Positions 1 through 9,130 of a stretch of 64,000 nucleotides of DNA are shown one piece after another. Numbering within the stretch: the first letter of the stretch is position 1; the number at the start of each line of letters is the position of its first letter. The notes beneath the pieces were generated by a model that had not been told where the DNA came from, made no database searches, and saw only the letters and a program-made list of their open reading frames with translations. This stretch comes from Deltaproteobacteria bacterium (GTDB lineage: Bacteria > Myxococcota > Kuafuiibacteriia > Kuafuiibacteriales > Kuafuiibacteriaceae). The stretch is from assembly GCA_040218735.1 (NCBI GenBank), contig JAVJQW010000048.1:32001-96000 (forward strand), given 5' to 3'. A program made the position numbers and the translations under genes.

Positions 1-2901
1 CAGGACCAGGGCGGTCCCTGGGGTGTGGCGCAGTTCGGTCAGGATCCGGAGACGGGTGAGTTCGTCGGCAACGTCGCGAACTACTTCGGCAACGCGGGTG
101 ACGTGATCTCCCAGCGTGGCGTCGACATCATCCAGTGGCTCAACGGCGACCTCGACGAGCAGGAGCTCTTCCGCGGCGACATCGCGCGCAACACGGTCGT
201 GTCGCGCCGCTCGGTCCGCAACAACGGCATCCGCGACGTCGTGATGAGCGCGCTCAAGCAGCACGAGGACAACACGCTCGACAAGATCGGTGGGCAGATC
301 CTCGCCGAGGCCTCCGTCCTCTCCGAGGAGGAGCGCTTCGAGCGTATGTTCGGCGGCACCGACATCGAGCGCGACCTGCTCGTGAACGACGAGCTGCTCC
401 GCGGCCTCGCCGGCCCCGAGCTCTTCCAGCCGCTGGGCGGCGCGCCTCTCGGTGCGAGCGGTGCGCTCGCGGGCGGTTCGCCGCTCGTCCCGGGTGAGGT
501 CTCCCAGAACGCGATCGACGCTGCGTCGCCGATCAGCTGGGGTGTCACGCCCGAGACCAACGAGTACATGGTCGCCGCCTACGAGTTCGGCCGTCGCGCC
601 GTCGACATGGCGGACTTCTTCGACCCGAACTTCAGCGGCCTCGCCGAGTTCTTCAAGGGCGAGGATCGCGACTACATCTGGGATTGGATGCGCCACGAGA
701 TGTTCACGGCGGTCCAGGGCCACGAGGTTGGTCACACGGTCGGTCTGCGCCACAACTTCGCGGCGTCGATGGACCCGGCGAACTACCGCCCCGAGTTCTG
801 GTGGCTGGAGACGGACGATGGCTCCGAGCCCATCCAGTACTGGGATCCGGAGAACCACCCGACCCCCGACTTCAAGCACCGCGGCAACGAGTACAAGTAC
901 GCGTCCATCATGGACTACGGCTTCGACCTCCCGCTCGAGGGGCTCCACGGCCTGGGCCGGTACGACGAGGCGGCGATCCGCTTCATCTACGGTCAGCTGA
1001 TGGAGGTCTGGGACAACGCGAAGGTCTCGATTCCGGACCCGCGTAAGTACGGCACGTACGCGCAGCGCTGCGGCTACGACAGCGACTACATGAGCAACGG
1101 GTTCTTCATGTTCTGGCTCACGCCGGAGTCGTATCCCCGTCTGTTCTCGTCGGCGCCGAAGGACCAGCGTCCCTGCGCGAACCAGTACGACAACCCGAGC
1201 ATCGGCGACACGTGTGACTCCGAGATCGACGGCATCATGCGTGAGTTCGCGATCCGCAACGAGGCCGCGAACCTCGGCAACAACGAGCCGACGTCCTGCG
1301 GTCTGTTCATCGCGGACCTGAACTGGCTGTTCGACCAGGTGAAGAGCCTGCCGCCGAACGCGCAGAACCTCGCCAACGCGCGCAAGCTCGTTCGCGTCGA
1401 GGACATGATTCGCCAGGAGATCGAAGTCCTGACGAACCCGCCGGAGTACGACGACCTCGCGACGACCGAGAACGAAGCCGCCAACCTCGTCGACGACGAC
1501 GAAGACGGCGTCCTCGACGACAAGGGGTACGACTGGTCGCGCTACATGCACGCGGTCAACTACGAGTACTGCTCGGACCTGTTCGCGAACTTCTCGAACC
1601 CGTACTGCCAGCGTTGGGACACGGGTTGGGACTTCGAAGAGGCGACCGACTACCACATCAACCGGCACGACCGGGATTACATCTTCAACCACTTCCGCCG
1701 CGACGCGTTCTCGGCGACCGGTTGGGGCAACCCGCGTGCGTACATGTCGCGTCTGCTGTCGCGGCGCCTGTTCCACATGGTCAACACGTTCCGGTACTTC
1801 CTCTACACGCGCCGCACGGCGCTCGAGGCGGACCGGTTCATCGACTGGCGTGAGGCGGCCTACAAGGGCGTCAACATGCTCGACCGCATGATCCAGGAGC
1901 CGGAGCCGGGCACGTACTGCCTGAACGAGACGGAGAACCGGTACGAGATGTGGACCGGCGCGAGCGAGCCGACGGACGCGCAGTGCAACGCGAAGTTCAC
2001 GACCGAGCTGGGTTACGGCGGTGGCCGCTACCTGAACTCGAGCTGGACGACCGAGTACTTCTACAAGGCGAACCGCATTGGTTACCTGTACGACAAGCTC
2101 GCCGCGATTCAGCAGATGACGTCGTCCTCCGGGCGCTTCGTCCGCGACATCTCGGACTTGTTCGACCGTCGTGCGTTCTCGCTGGGTTACCTGCGTGTCT
2201 ACCTCGACCCGATGCTGCAGCGCTTCGCGGCGCTCATCGAAGGCAACCACTGGGGTTACCGTCCTCGCGTCGTCGGCACGCCGCCGGCGGGCGGCGAGGC
2301 GGACGAGCGGTTCGTGCGGTACATGCCGCTCTTCGACGAGGAGGCCGACGAGGCGGGCGCGAGTGTCCGCGAGCAGATCGCTCCGCTGCCGTACATCGAG
2401 CCGGCGTGGTCGTGGACGCTCCAGTACTGGGCGCTCGCGTTTGCGATCTCCAACTGGTCGTCGGTCAACGACTACGCGCCGGAGTTCTACCGGCTGACGA
2501 AGATCGCGATCGCCGGCACGGCGGAGGACGTCGAGTACCCGCCGAACGTGGAGGTCATCGAGTACACGGATCCGCAGACGCTGATCACGTACCGCGCTCC
2601 GGTCATCGAAGCGTTCGTCGACCCGGGCATCCAGAACCAGGAGTTCGAAGCCTACTTCGGCGACCTCGCGCACCGGCGGCGAGGCGAGTTCCGCAACTGG
2701 GGCATCGGCGCGAACCTCCTCGAGGACGCGAGGCTGTTCACGGAAGACGTGTACAACCCGGCGCTCACCGCGTGTGAAGCGGCGGGCCGGCCGAGCACGG
2801 CGTGTGACGAGCTCGACCGCGCGGCGCTGACGCTGAACGAGAAGGTGGGCTTCATCGACCAGGTGCGTAAGTACAACGCCCGGGCCGAGAACCCGTTCTA
2901 G
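1..2901 (+). CDS. Large myxobacterial zinc-dependent metalloprotease (metzincin, M43/EcxA-like zinc domain), 5'-truncated by window edge
   Basis: Frame is open from base 1. HEVGHTVGLRHN zinc motif followed by the Met-turn ASIMDY. Cys-rich segments and strong C/G3 codon bias. Confidence 0.85.
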   Translation, partial: QDQGGPWGVAQFGQDPETGEFVGNVANYFGNAGDVISQRGVDIIQWLNGDLDEQELFRGDIARNTVVSRRSVRNNGIRDVVMSALKQHEDNTLDKIGGQILAEASVLSEEERFERMFGGTDIERDLLVNDELLRGLAGPELFQPLGGAPLGASGALAGGSPLVPGEVSQNAIDAASPISWGVTPETNEYMVAAYEFGRRAVDMADFFDPNFSGLAEFFKGEDRDYIWDWMRHEMFTAVQGHEVGHTVGLRHNFAASMDPANYRPEFWWLETDDGSEPIQYWDPENHPTPDFKHRGNEYKYASIMDYGFDLPLEGLHGLGRYDEAAIRFIYGQLMEVWDNAKVSIPDPRKYGTYAQRCGYDSDYMSNGFFMFWLTPESYPRLFSSAPKDQRPCANQYDNPSIGDTCDSEIDGIMREFAIRNEAANLGNNEPTSCGLFIADLNWLFDQVKSLPPNAQNLANARKLVRVEDMIRQEIEVLTNPPEYDDLATTENEAANLVDDDEDGVLDDKGYDWSRYMHAVNYEYCSDLFANFSNPYCQRWDTGWDFEEATDYHINRHDRDYIFNHFRRDAFSATGWGNPRAYMSRLLSRRLFHMVNTFRYFLYTRRTALEADRFIDWREAAYKGVNMLDRMIQEPEPGTYCLNETENRYEMWTGASEPTDAQCNAKFTTELGYGGGRYLNSSWTTEYFYKANRIGYLYDKLAAIQQMTSSSGRFVRDISDLFDRRAFSLGYLRVYLDPMLQRFAALIEGNHWGYRPRVVGTPPAGGEADERFVRYMPLFDEEADEAGASVREQIAPLPYIEPAWSWTLQYWALAFAISNWSSVNDYAPEFYRLTKIAIAGTAEDVEYPPNVEVIEYTDPQTLITYRAPVIEAFVDPGIQNQEFEAYFGDLAHRRRGEFRNWGIGANLLEDARLFTEDVYNPALTACEAAGRPSTACDELDRAALTLNEKVGFIDQVRKYNARAENPF

Positions 2902-2916
2902 CGGGAAGCTAAGAAC

Positions 2917-2985
2917 GCACGCGGACGCCTCGGCGCCCGCGTGCCGCGGAGCCCTCCCTGCCTTCGGGCGCGGAGGGCTTCGTTG
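2917..2985 (+). terminator. Two GC hairpins downstream of the metalloprotease; probable intrinsic terminator
   Basis: GCACGCGG...CCGCGTGC (2917-2944) and GAGCCCTCC-..-TTCG-..-GGAGGGCTTC (2949-2981), followed by a weak T tract. Confidence 0.55.
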
Positions 2986-2987
2986 CG

Positions 2988-3015
2988 TTGACGCCTCCCC
3001 GACGCGCCTTACATT
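2988..3015 (+). promoter_or_regulatory. sigma70-type promoter giving a leaderless transcript starting at ATG 3022
   Basis: TTGACG (2988-2993), 16-nt spacer, TACATT (3010-3015), 6 nt before the ATG. No Shine-Dalgarno. Confidence 0.6.
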
Positions 3016-3021
3016 CGGTGG

Positions 3022-3834
3022 ATGCTCGAGCACCCGACCGGCGCCGCGGCTTCGCCGCGCCCCCTGGGCACCTCACCCGCTTCCCCCCTGACGGGCGGGC
3101 GCGGGCTCGAGCACCCGGCCGGCTCCGCGGCTTCGCCGCGCCCCCTGGGCACCTCACCCGCTTCCCCCCTGACGGGCGGGCGCGGGCTCGAGCACCCGAC
3201 CGGCGCCGCGGCTTCGCCGCGCCCCCTGGGCACCTCACCCGCTTCCCCCCTGGCGGGCGGGCGCGGGCTCGAGCTGCATCTCACGCTCGACGTTCCGTCG
3301 GAGGTCGACGATGCGCGGCTGCGCGCGTGGCAGGACGACCGTCAGCTGCAGCGCACGCACGTCGTCCTCGGTGACGCCGGTAGCCACGTGCTCCTCACCG
3401 CGCACGGGCGTTGGTCTCTCGACGAAGCGCTGCGCCAGGCTCGCTCCCACGCGGAGACGCTCCGCGACGCCTTCGGCGTCGGCGTCTCGCGCACCAAGAT
3501 CGAGGCGCACCTCGACGCGGAGGGTGGGCTCTACATCGAGCACCACTTGAAGGTGCGCTTCCGAGCGCAGCGCCTCGGGGATGTTCGCGGCGTGGCCGCC
3601 GCGACCGGGGCGCACCTGTCCCGGACCGCCAGCGCGCGCGAGGGGGACTTCGAGGCGCGCTTCCTCACGCAGCGCTTCGACGCCCACGCGCGCGATGCGG
3701 CCGACGCCGCACTCGCGACGCTGACGGATGCGCTTCACGCCGCGGGCCTCGACATCACGAAGGTCGTCCGCGAGCGCGCCCTCTACGACGACAACGTCGC
3801 GCTCGACGACGACTGGATCGGAGGAACGCCATGA
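3022..3834 (+). CDS. Conserved hypothetical protein partnered with the downstream nucleotidyltransferase; N-terminus expanded by 3 x 27-aa repeat
   Basis: Motifs LELHLT, RTKIEA, YIEHHLK, HLSR, RFLTQR, ERALYDDNVALDDDW. Stop overlaps the next ATG (ATGA at 3831-3834). Confidence 0.7.
   Translation: MLEHPTGAAASPRPLGTSPASPLTGGRGLEHPAGSAASPRPLGTSPASPLTGGRGLEHPTGAAASPRPLGTSPASPLAGGRGLELHLTLDVPSEVDDARLRAWQDDRQLQRTHVVLGDAGSHVLLTAHGRWSLDEALRQARSHAETLRDAFGVGVSRTKIEAHLDAEGGLYIEHHLKVRFRAQRLGDVRGVAAATGAHLSRTASAREGDFEARFLTQRFDAHARDAADAALATLTDALHAAGLDITKVVRERALYDDNVALDDDWIGGTP
3024..3274. repeat. Three tandem copies of an 81-bp palindromic (REP-like) element bounded by GCTCGAGC
   Basis: GCTCGAGC recurs at 3024, 3105, 3186 and 3267. 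Units are near-identical and contain the hairpin CGCGGC-TTC-GCCGCG and CCCCTGGGCACC. Confidence 0.95.
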
Positions 3835-4760
3835 TCTGGAACTGGTTCACCAAGGCGAAGGACACCACCGCGTCCGCGCCGAAGCCCCGACGCAGCCACC
3901 CGCTCGGCTACGTCGAGGATCCCACGCGGCCCGACGTCTTCGATCCCGCGCTGATGCACTACCCGAACGGGTTCGTGAAGGGCGCGCCGGGGCCCGCCGG
4001 GACGGACGCCCAGCGCGCGTACCGCGCGCTGCAGGCCCGAGCCCTCGACGCCGCGCTCGCGGCGATCGCGACGTCATCACACGCGTCGGAGTACGTGCTC
4101 CGCGGTAGCGTGGCGCTGGCGCGCTGGTTCCCCGATGCGGCACGCGCGCCGAAGGACATCGACCTCGTCGTCGCGTCGAAGACGGTGACACCCGCGGACG
4201 CACGTCCGTGGATCGATGAGCTCTGCGCGGCCATCCCCGCGCGGCTCGATCGACGCGGCTTTTCGCCATCGACGCCGACCGTCGATGGGATCTGGACCTA
4301 CGAGCGCGCCGAGGGCCGACGCATCACTGCGCCGTGGACGCGCGACGATCTGCGCGGAGAGGTGCAGGTCGATCTCGTCTTCCACGAAGAGATCATCGAG
4401 GCGCCGGTGGAGACCTCCTTCGACGGAGGGCGGTACACGCTGAAGCTCGCGACGCCTGCGGAGTCGCTCGCCTGGAAGCTGCTGTGGCTCGCCACCGACA
4501 TGCATCCGCAGGGGAAGGACGTCTACGACGCGATCCTGCTCGCCGAGCACACGCCGATTCCGCGTCCCTTGCTGGCGCGGGTGCTGGCCAACGCCGACGA
4601 GCGCGTCGAGCCGCCGCCGGAAGCAGAAGAGCTGGGCGCTTGGCGTGAGCTCGAGGCGCTGGCGTGGATCGACTGGGCGCACTTCACGAACGCGTACCCC
4701 GAGCTCGTGGGTGGGGAGGGCTACGTCACGCAGCTGAAGGCCGCGCTTCGGTTCGCGTGA
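3831..4760 (+). CDS. Nucleotidyltransferase, AbiEii/AbiGii (DUF1814) toxin family
   Basis: Starts MIWNWF at 3831 with RBS GGAGG. VLRGS...RAPKDIDL (GS + DxD), ESLAWKL and GKDVYD motifs typical of AbiEii-like NTases. Confidence 0.8.
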   Translation: MIWNWFTKAKDTTASAPKPRRSHPLGYVEDPTRPDVFDPALMHYPNGFVKGAPGPAGTDAQRAYRALQARALDAALAAIATSSHASEYVLRGSVALARWFPDAARAPKDIDLVVASKTVTPADARPWIDELCAAIPARLDRRGFSPSTPTVDGIWTYERAEGRRITAPWTRDDLRGEVQVDLVFHEEIIEAPVETSFDGGRYTLKLATPAESLAWKLLWLATDMHPQGKDVYDAILLAEHTPIPRPLLARVLANADERVEPPPEAEELGAWRELEALAWIDWAHFTNAYPELVGGEGYVTQLKAALRFA

Positions 4761-4763
4761 AGG

Positions 4764-5498
4764 TCAGCTCTCGACGCGGCCCCAGAGGGGCGTCCACTTC
4801 ACGTTGTCGCGGGAGCGTTCATCGTTCGACTCGATGATGATCGCCGAGCTGCGGATCGTCTCGGTGGTGTGGTAGCGCAGCTCGATGTCCATCACCTCGC
4901 CGGGGCGGAGCTGGACGACCTGCTCGATCGGGTTCAACAGCTCGAACGCGCTCGGGTTGTAGAAGGCGCCCGCCTCCGGGTTCGGGCCCAGGTAGATGCG
5001 GGAGATGCGCACGGGTTCCATGCCGTCGGACGTGATGCGGAGGATCTTGTCCATGTAGGGCTCGTCCGACTTCGGCGCGAAGAACACGATGTTCTCCGCG
5101 TAGCTCAGCGAGCGCACCAGCGGCCGCGGATTGACGATGTTGTCGCGGCTGTAGAGCTCGGTCTGCGGCTTCGACCAGATGCCGTCCGCGTCCTGCGCAA
5201 CGAACATCAGCAGGACGGCGTCGTCGTCGAACGTGAGCGGCTCCGTGTACTCGATCGCCGATTCTCCGGTGGGCGCGGTGCCGTCGAGCGTGTAGAACAA
5301 GCGCGAGGGCCGGTCCGACAGCAGTCGGACCGTAACGGCTTCCTCGTAGGTGTGGCCCTTGGGCTGAGCGGAAACCCAGAGCGATGCGTGATCGATGGAG
5401 TCAGGATCGGTGTGCTCGGGATCGTGTCCCGCACAGGCAGCAAAACTGGCGGCCGCAATCACCGATACCAGGTGATTCGCCCACGAATTGCGGTTCAT
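4764..5498 (-). CDS. Lipoprotein with chitobiase/beta-hexosaminidase C-terminal (Fn3-associated) domain plus Ig-like domain
   Basis: ATG 5498 with GGAGG RBS. Lipobox FAAC. LFYTLDGTAP...YTEPL motif. Confidence 0.7.
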   Translation of the reverse strand: MNRNSWANHLVSVIAAASFAACAGHDPEHTDPDSIDHASLWVSAQPKGHTYEEAVTVRLLSDRPSRLFYTLDGTAPTGESAIEYTEPLTFDDDAVLLMFVAQDADGIWSKPQTELYSRDNIVNPRPLVRSLSYAENIVFFAPKSDEPYMDKILRITSDGMEPVRISRIYLGPNPEAGAFYNPSAFELLNPIEQVVQLRPGEVMDIELRYHTTETIRSSAIIIESNDERSRDNVKWTPLWGRVES

Positions 5499-5596
5499 CC
5501 AACCTCCCAGTCTTCGTACCCCGAGCCGGCCGACCGAAGTCGACGCCGACAGTTCCGCCCAGAATCCCAATGTAGTTGCACTCTGACGATTTGTAA

Positions 5597-6559
5597 ATGA
5601 CCGCACCTGCACAGACTCCTCTTGATGTCGTATCGGCCGCCGTGGCTCGAAGGAGAGCCACGGCACCGGGTTTTCGGCTCACGGCCCATCGCTGGGTGAA
5701 CGGCCCGGGCGACGGAGCGCCCGCCGGCATCTCCGTCGATCGCTACGGCGACGCGGTCGTCCTCAACGTCCGCGCGGAGGTGCCGTCGACGGTGCGGGAG
5801 GCCTACGCGGCCGCCGTAGCGGCCGTCCTCGAGCCGCCGACGCTCGTCGAGAAGGTCTGGGCGCCGAGGCGGGCGGACAGCACGAGCCGGGTCCTCGTCG
5901 GGGACGCGGACGCGCCCGTCGACGTGTTCGAGGACGACGCCACCTTCCGCTGCCTGCTCGACGACGACATCCAGACCGGCCTCTTCCTCGACCACCGCGA
6001 CACGCGGCGCAGCGTTCGTGCCTTCTGCGGCGGCGCGGAGGTCCTCAACGCCTTTGCCTACACCTGCGCCTTCTCCGTGCACGCCGCGTTGGCGGGGGCG
6101 TCGCGGGTCACGAGTGTGGACGTCTCCCGCCGCGCGCTCGCCCGGGGCCGCGAGAACATGACGCTGAGTGGGCTGTCGCCGGACGATCACCGTTGGTTCG
6201 ACGACGACGTCCTCGAACACCTCGCGCGCGGCGGGGCCGACTACGACGTGATCGTCCTCGACCCGCCGCTCTACGGCCGCACGAAGAAGAAGCGCTTTGC
6301 CCTCCTCAAGGACCTGGATCGCCTCGCGGAGGGCGCGATCCGGCGGCTACGGCCGGGCGGCCGCCTCGTGTTCTCCACCCACGCGCTGGACCTCGACAGC
6401 GGGCGGCTGCGGCGCGCGGTCGAGCGGGCCGGGGCGGGGCGGCGGGTTCGGGTGCTCGAGACCCTGGGCCTGCCGGCCTGGGACCACCCCGTGGCGCCCC
6501 GGGACGTCGACGGAGACCGCGGAGACTACCTGCATACGCTTGTGCTCGGCGTCGACTGA
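5597..6559 (+). CDS. Class I SAM-dependent rRNA methyltransferase (RlmI/RlmK family)
   Basis: VDRYG, QTGLFLDHRDTR, VLNAFAYTCAFSVHA and IVLDPP motifs. Confidence 0.85.
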   Translation: MTAPAQTPLDVVSAAVARRRATAPGFRLTAHRWVNGPGDGAPAGISVDRYGDAVVLNVRAEVPSTVREAYAAAVAAVLEPPTLVEKVWAPRRADSTSRVLVGDADAPVDVFEDDATFRCLLDDDIQTGLFLDHRDTRRSVRAFCGGAEVLNAFAYTCAFSVHAALAGASRVTSVDVSRRALARGRENMTLSGLSPDDHRWFDDDVLEHLARGGADYDVIVLDPPLYGRTKKKRFALLKDLDRLAEGAIRRLRPGGRLVFSTHALDLDSGRLRRAVERAGAGRRVRVLETLGLPAWDHPVAPRDVDGDRGDYLHTLVLGVD

Positions 6560-6577
6560 AAGTAGACCCTCAAGGCG

Positions 6578-7600
6578 GTGGATCAGCAGGGCGCGCTGGA
6601 GCAGCAGGCACTCGAGGAGCTCCGTCGGGGAGACCTCCGGGGGGCGCACCGGACCCTCAACACGCTGCTGCAGTTCCGTCCGTCGGACGCTGCCCTCCGC
6701 CGCCGCATCGCGCAGGTCGAGCAGCTCGTCCGGCAGCGCGAAGACGCGCAGGCGCGCATCCAAGCCGAACCGCTCCGCTACGCGCACGCGTACATCCAAG
6801 CCGGGCGCCTCGCGGAAGGTCTTCAGCTCCTTCGCGCTGCGCTCGCCCGCGACCCGAACAACGCGCGCCTTCGAGAGCTCGCGCTCCAGGTCGCGCGTCG
6901 GCTGCGCGAGCAGGTCCAGACCGGGGCGCAGACTCCGGTTCAGGCCCCGGCGGCCGACCCGCGCGCCGCGGAACAGCAGCGCGCCGAGGCCGAGCGTCGC
7001 GCCGAAGCCGAGCGCGCCGCCGCGCTCCAGCGCGCCGAGGCCGAGCGCCGCGCCGAAGCCGAGCGCCAGGAGGCCGCACGCCGCGCCGAGGCGCAGCGGT
7101 TGGAAGCCGAGCGCCGCGAAGTCCAGCGCCTCGAAGCCGAGCGCCAGCGTCGCGCGGAGGCGGAGCGGCGGGAGGCCGAGCGTCGCGAAGCGGAGCGCCT
7201 CGAGAACGCGCGTCGTGAGGCGGAGCGCCAGGAGGCCGCGCGTCGCGATGCGGAGCGTCGTGAGGCGGAGCGCCGGGAAGCCGCACAACGCCAGGCCGAG
7301 CAAGCCGCCGAAGCCGCGCGCCGCGAGGCCGAGGACCGCGCGCACGCGCAACGCCTGGAGGCCGAGCGCCTCGCTGCGCAGCAGGCCGCCGCACCCATCT
7401 TCGGGGCGCCGCGCCAGGTCGACGACCTGGTGGGGGACGACGCCCAACGCCAGCTCGACGAGGAGGCCGCGCGTTTCCGTGCGGTCGCTTCGAGTGATGA
7501 AAAACCGCTCCCGCCGGCGCCGATTCGGATGAAGCGACTGGACGCGATCCTCTCGCGCATCCGCGCCCGCCGCCGCGGAGCAAGCCTATTGGAGAACTAA
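6578..7600 (+). CDS. TPR-like N-terminus plus long Glu/Arg/Ala charged helical (coiled-coil/SAH) region
   Basis: Two TPR-like helical hairpins, then repeated EAERR/AEAER units. Confidence 0.7.
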   Translation: MDQQGALEQQALEELRRGDLRGAHRTLNTLLQFRPSDAALRRRIAQVEQLVRQREDAQARIQAEPLRYAHAYIQAGRLAEGLQLLRAALARDPNNARLRELALQVARRLREQVQTGAQTPVQAPAADPRAAEQQRAEAERRAEAERAAALQRAEAERRAEAERQEAARRAEAQRLEAERREVQRLEAERQRRAEAERREAERREAERLENARREAERQEAARRDAERREAERREAAQRQAEQAAEAARREAEDRAHAQRLEAERLAAQQAAAPIFGAPRQVDDLVGDDAQRQLDEEAARFRAVASSDEKPLPPAPIRMKRLDAILSRIRARRRGASLLEN

Positions 7601-7603
7601 CCG

Positions 7604-7714
7604 ATGCGTTCGAAGTCGAAGAAGAAGCGTGAACAGATGAAGCGGAAGATCCGCCTGAAGCAGCAGCGCAAGAAGCTGCGCAAGCGTCTCAACGAGATGA
7701 AGAAGGACGGGTAG
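7604..7714 (+). CDS. 36-aa highly basic small protein (MRSKSKKKREQMKRKIRLKQQRKKLRKRLNEMKKDG), not in the ORF track
   Basis: GGAGA RBS at 7591-7595, ATG 7604, TAG 7712-7714. Preferred codons (AAG, CGC, CTG); fills the gap between convergent genes. Confidence 0.7.
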   Translation: MRSKSKKKREQMKRKIRLKQQRKKLRKRLNEMKKDG

Positions 7715-7719
7715 CCGCG

Positions 7720-9102
7720 CTACCGCTGTGCGCGATCGAGGGGTTCGAGCGACCGCTCGTTCGCGCGCAGATAGATCTCCAAGAACTGCAGGCTGCCGTC
7801 CGTCACGCGCCCGCGTGAGCGCTTCCGACGGCCCCCCTTACGCGTGAGCCTCCGCTGCGCCAGGAACATCTGGCGAATGGACTCGTGCAGGCGCTTCGTC
7901 AGCGTGATGGGCGCGCCCGCCTCGCGGATGAGGTCGGAGAGCATGCGGCTCCGCTCGCCCGGGTTCACCTCCGGGTCGTCGAGGCGCTCCATCAACGGCG
8001 CGCAGAAGAGCGCGGCGAGCGCCACGGCGTCGTCGACGTCTTCGTCGCGCGCGATGATGTCGTCGAGCGCTTCGAGGTGCCGCAGGATGTAGGGCAGGCG
8101 GTCGTAGGTGCGCTCGCCGTCCGGGCCGATCACGGTGATGGGCTCCGGGTCCTCGATGAACGTCTGCACCATCGGGAACAGGATCTCGAGCACCCCCGTC
8201 TCGGCGAGGAGCCGCACCGTCTCCTGCGCGAACCCGATCCGGAGCAAACGCAGGCTCTCCTCCAGGATGCGCGCGGGCGCGCAGCGACGGAGGTCTTCCT
8301 TGTGCGCGATCATCGCCGCGAACAGGCCGTCGTCGATGACCAGGTTCGTCTTCGCCTTGAACCGAATCGCGCGGAGGATGCGGACCGGATCTTCGCGCAG
8401 GCGAATCTCCGGGTCGCCGATCATCCGCAGGTAGCGACGCTCGATGTCCGCGAGCCCGTCGACGTGGTCGATGATCTGTCCGGTCGTGACGTCGTAGAAG
8501 AGCCCGTTGATCGTGAAGTCGCGCCGCTGCGCGTCCTCCTCCTCCGACCCGAACACGTTGTCGCGCCGAATCAGGAGGTCCTGGTCCTCACCGGCGTCCT
8601 CGTCGGTGATGTTGGCGCGGAACGTCGAGACCTCGAGGATCTGGTTGCGACCGAAGTGCACGTGCACGAGGCGGAAGCGCCGCCCGATGATCCGGCTGTT
8701 GCGCTTGAAGATGCGTTTGACGTCCTCGGGCCGTGCGTCGGTGGCGATGTCGAAGTCCTTCGGCTCCAACCCGAGCAGCAGGTCGCGGACGCAGCCGCCG
8801 ACCAAGTAACCCTTGAACCCGGCGCGCTGCAGCCGCCGCACGACGGTCGCCGCGTTGCGGTCGATCATCCGCGAGGGGATCCGCGGTTTGCCGCCCTGCG
8901 GGCGCTTCGGCCTCTCCCTCTTCTCGCGCGCGGGGCCCATGCGCTCGACGACGATCGCGTCGTTGGCCTCGGCTTCGGCGACGGCGACGGCGCGGTGGAT
9001 GGCGTCGCGGGTCGCTGCGGATCGCTCACCGTTTGCGGCGCGCCGGTCCGACCAATCGCGGATCTCGCGGAGGACCCGCAGGGTTTCGATCATCCACTCC
9101 AT
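7720..9102 (-). CDS. pcnB: Poly(A) polymerase I (start uncertain)
   Basis: YLVGGCVRDLL, KDFDIAT, RRDFTIN, EDPVRILR and the PAP-specific IIGRRFRLVHVHF signature. Confidence 0.88.
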   Translation of the reverse strand: MEWMIETLRVLREIRDWSDRRAANGERSAATRDAIHRAVAVAEAEANDAIVVERMGPAREKRERPKRPQGGKPRIPSRMIDRNAATVVRRLQRAGFKGYLVGGCVRDLLLGLEPKDFDIATDARPEDVKRIFKRNSRIIGRRFRLVHVHFGRNQILEVSTFRANITDEDAGEDQDLLIRRDNVFGSEEEDAQRRDFTINGLFYDVTTGQIIDHVDGLADIERRYLRMIGDPEIRLREDPVRILRAIRFKAKTNLVIDDGLFAAMIAHKEDLRRCAPARILEESLRLLRIGFAQETVRLLAETGVLEILFPMVQTFIEDPEPITVIGPDGERTYDRLPYILRHLEALDDIIARDEDVDDAVALAALFCAPLMERLDDPEVNPGERSRMLSDLIREAGAPITLTKRLHESIRQMFLAQRRLTRKGGRRKRSRGRVTDGSLQFLEIYLRANERSLEPLDRAQR

Positions 9103-9130
9103 TTCGGGGCTGCTGCCCCCCGGGGTCGGG

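Noticed and set aside
3024-3274. 81-bp repeats as a CRISPR array
   Set aside because: Units are contiguous and near-identical with no unique spacers; no cas genes in the window.
5576-5606. TTGCA/TTGTAAATGAC sequence as a third Fur-type operator
   Set aside because: Only a half-site matches and the flanking genes are not iron related.
6970-7380. Degenerate DNA repeats in 6578-7600 as a mobile or regulatory repeat
   Set aside because: Explained by the E/R/A low-complexity helical protein sequence.
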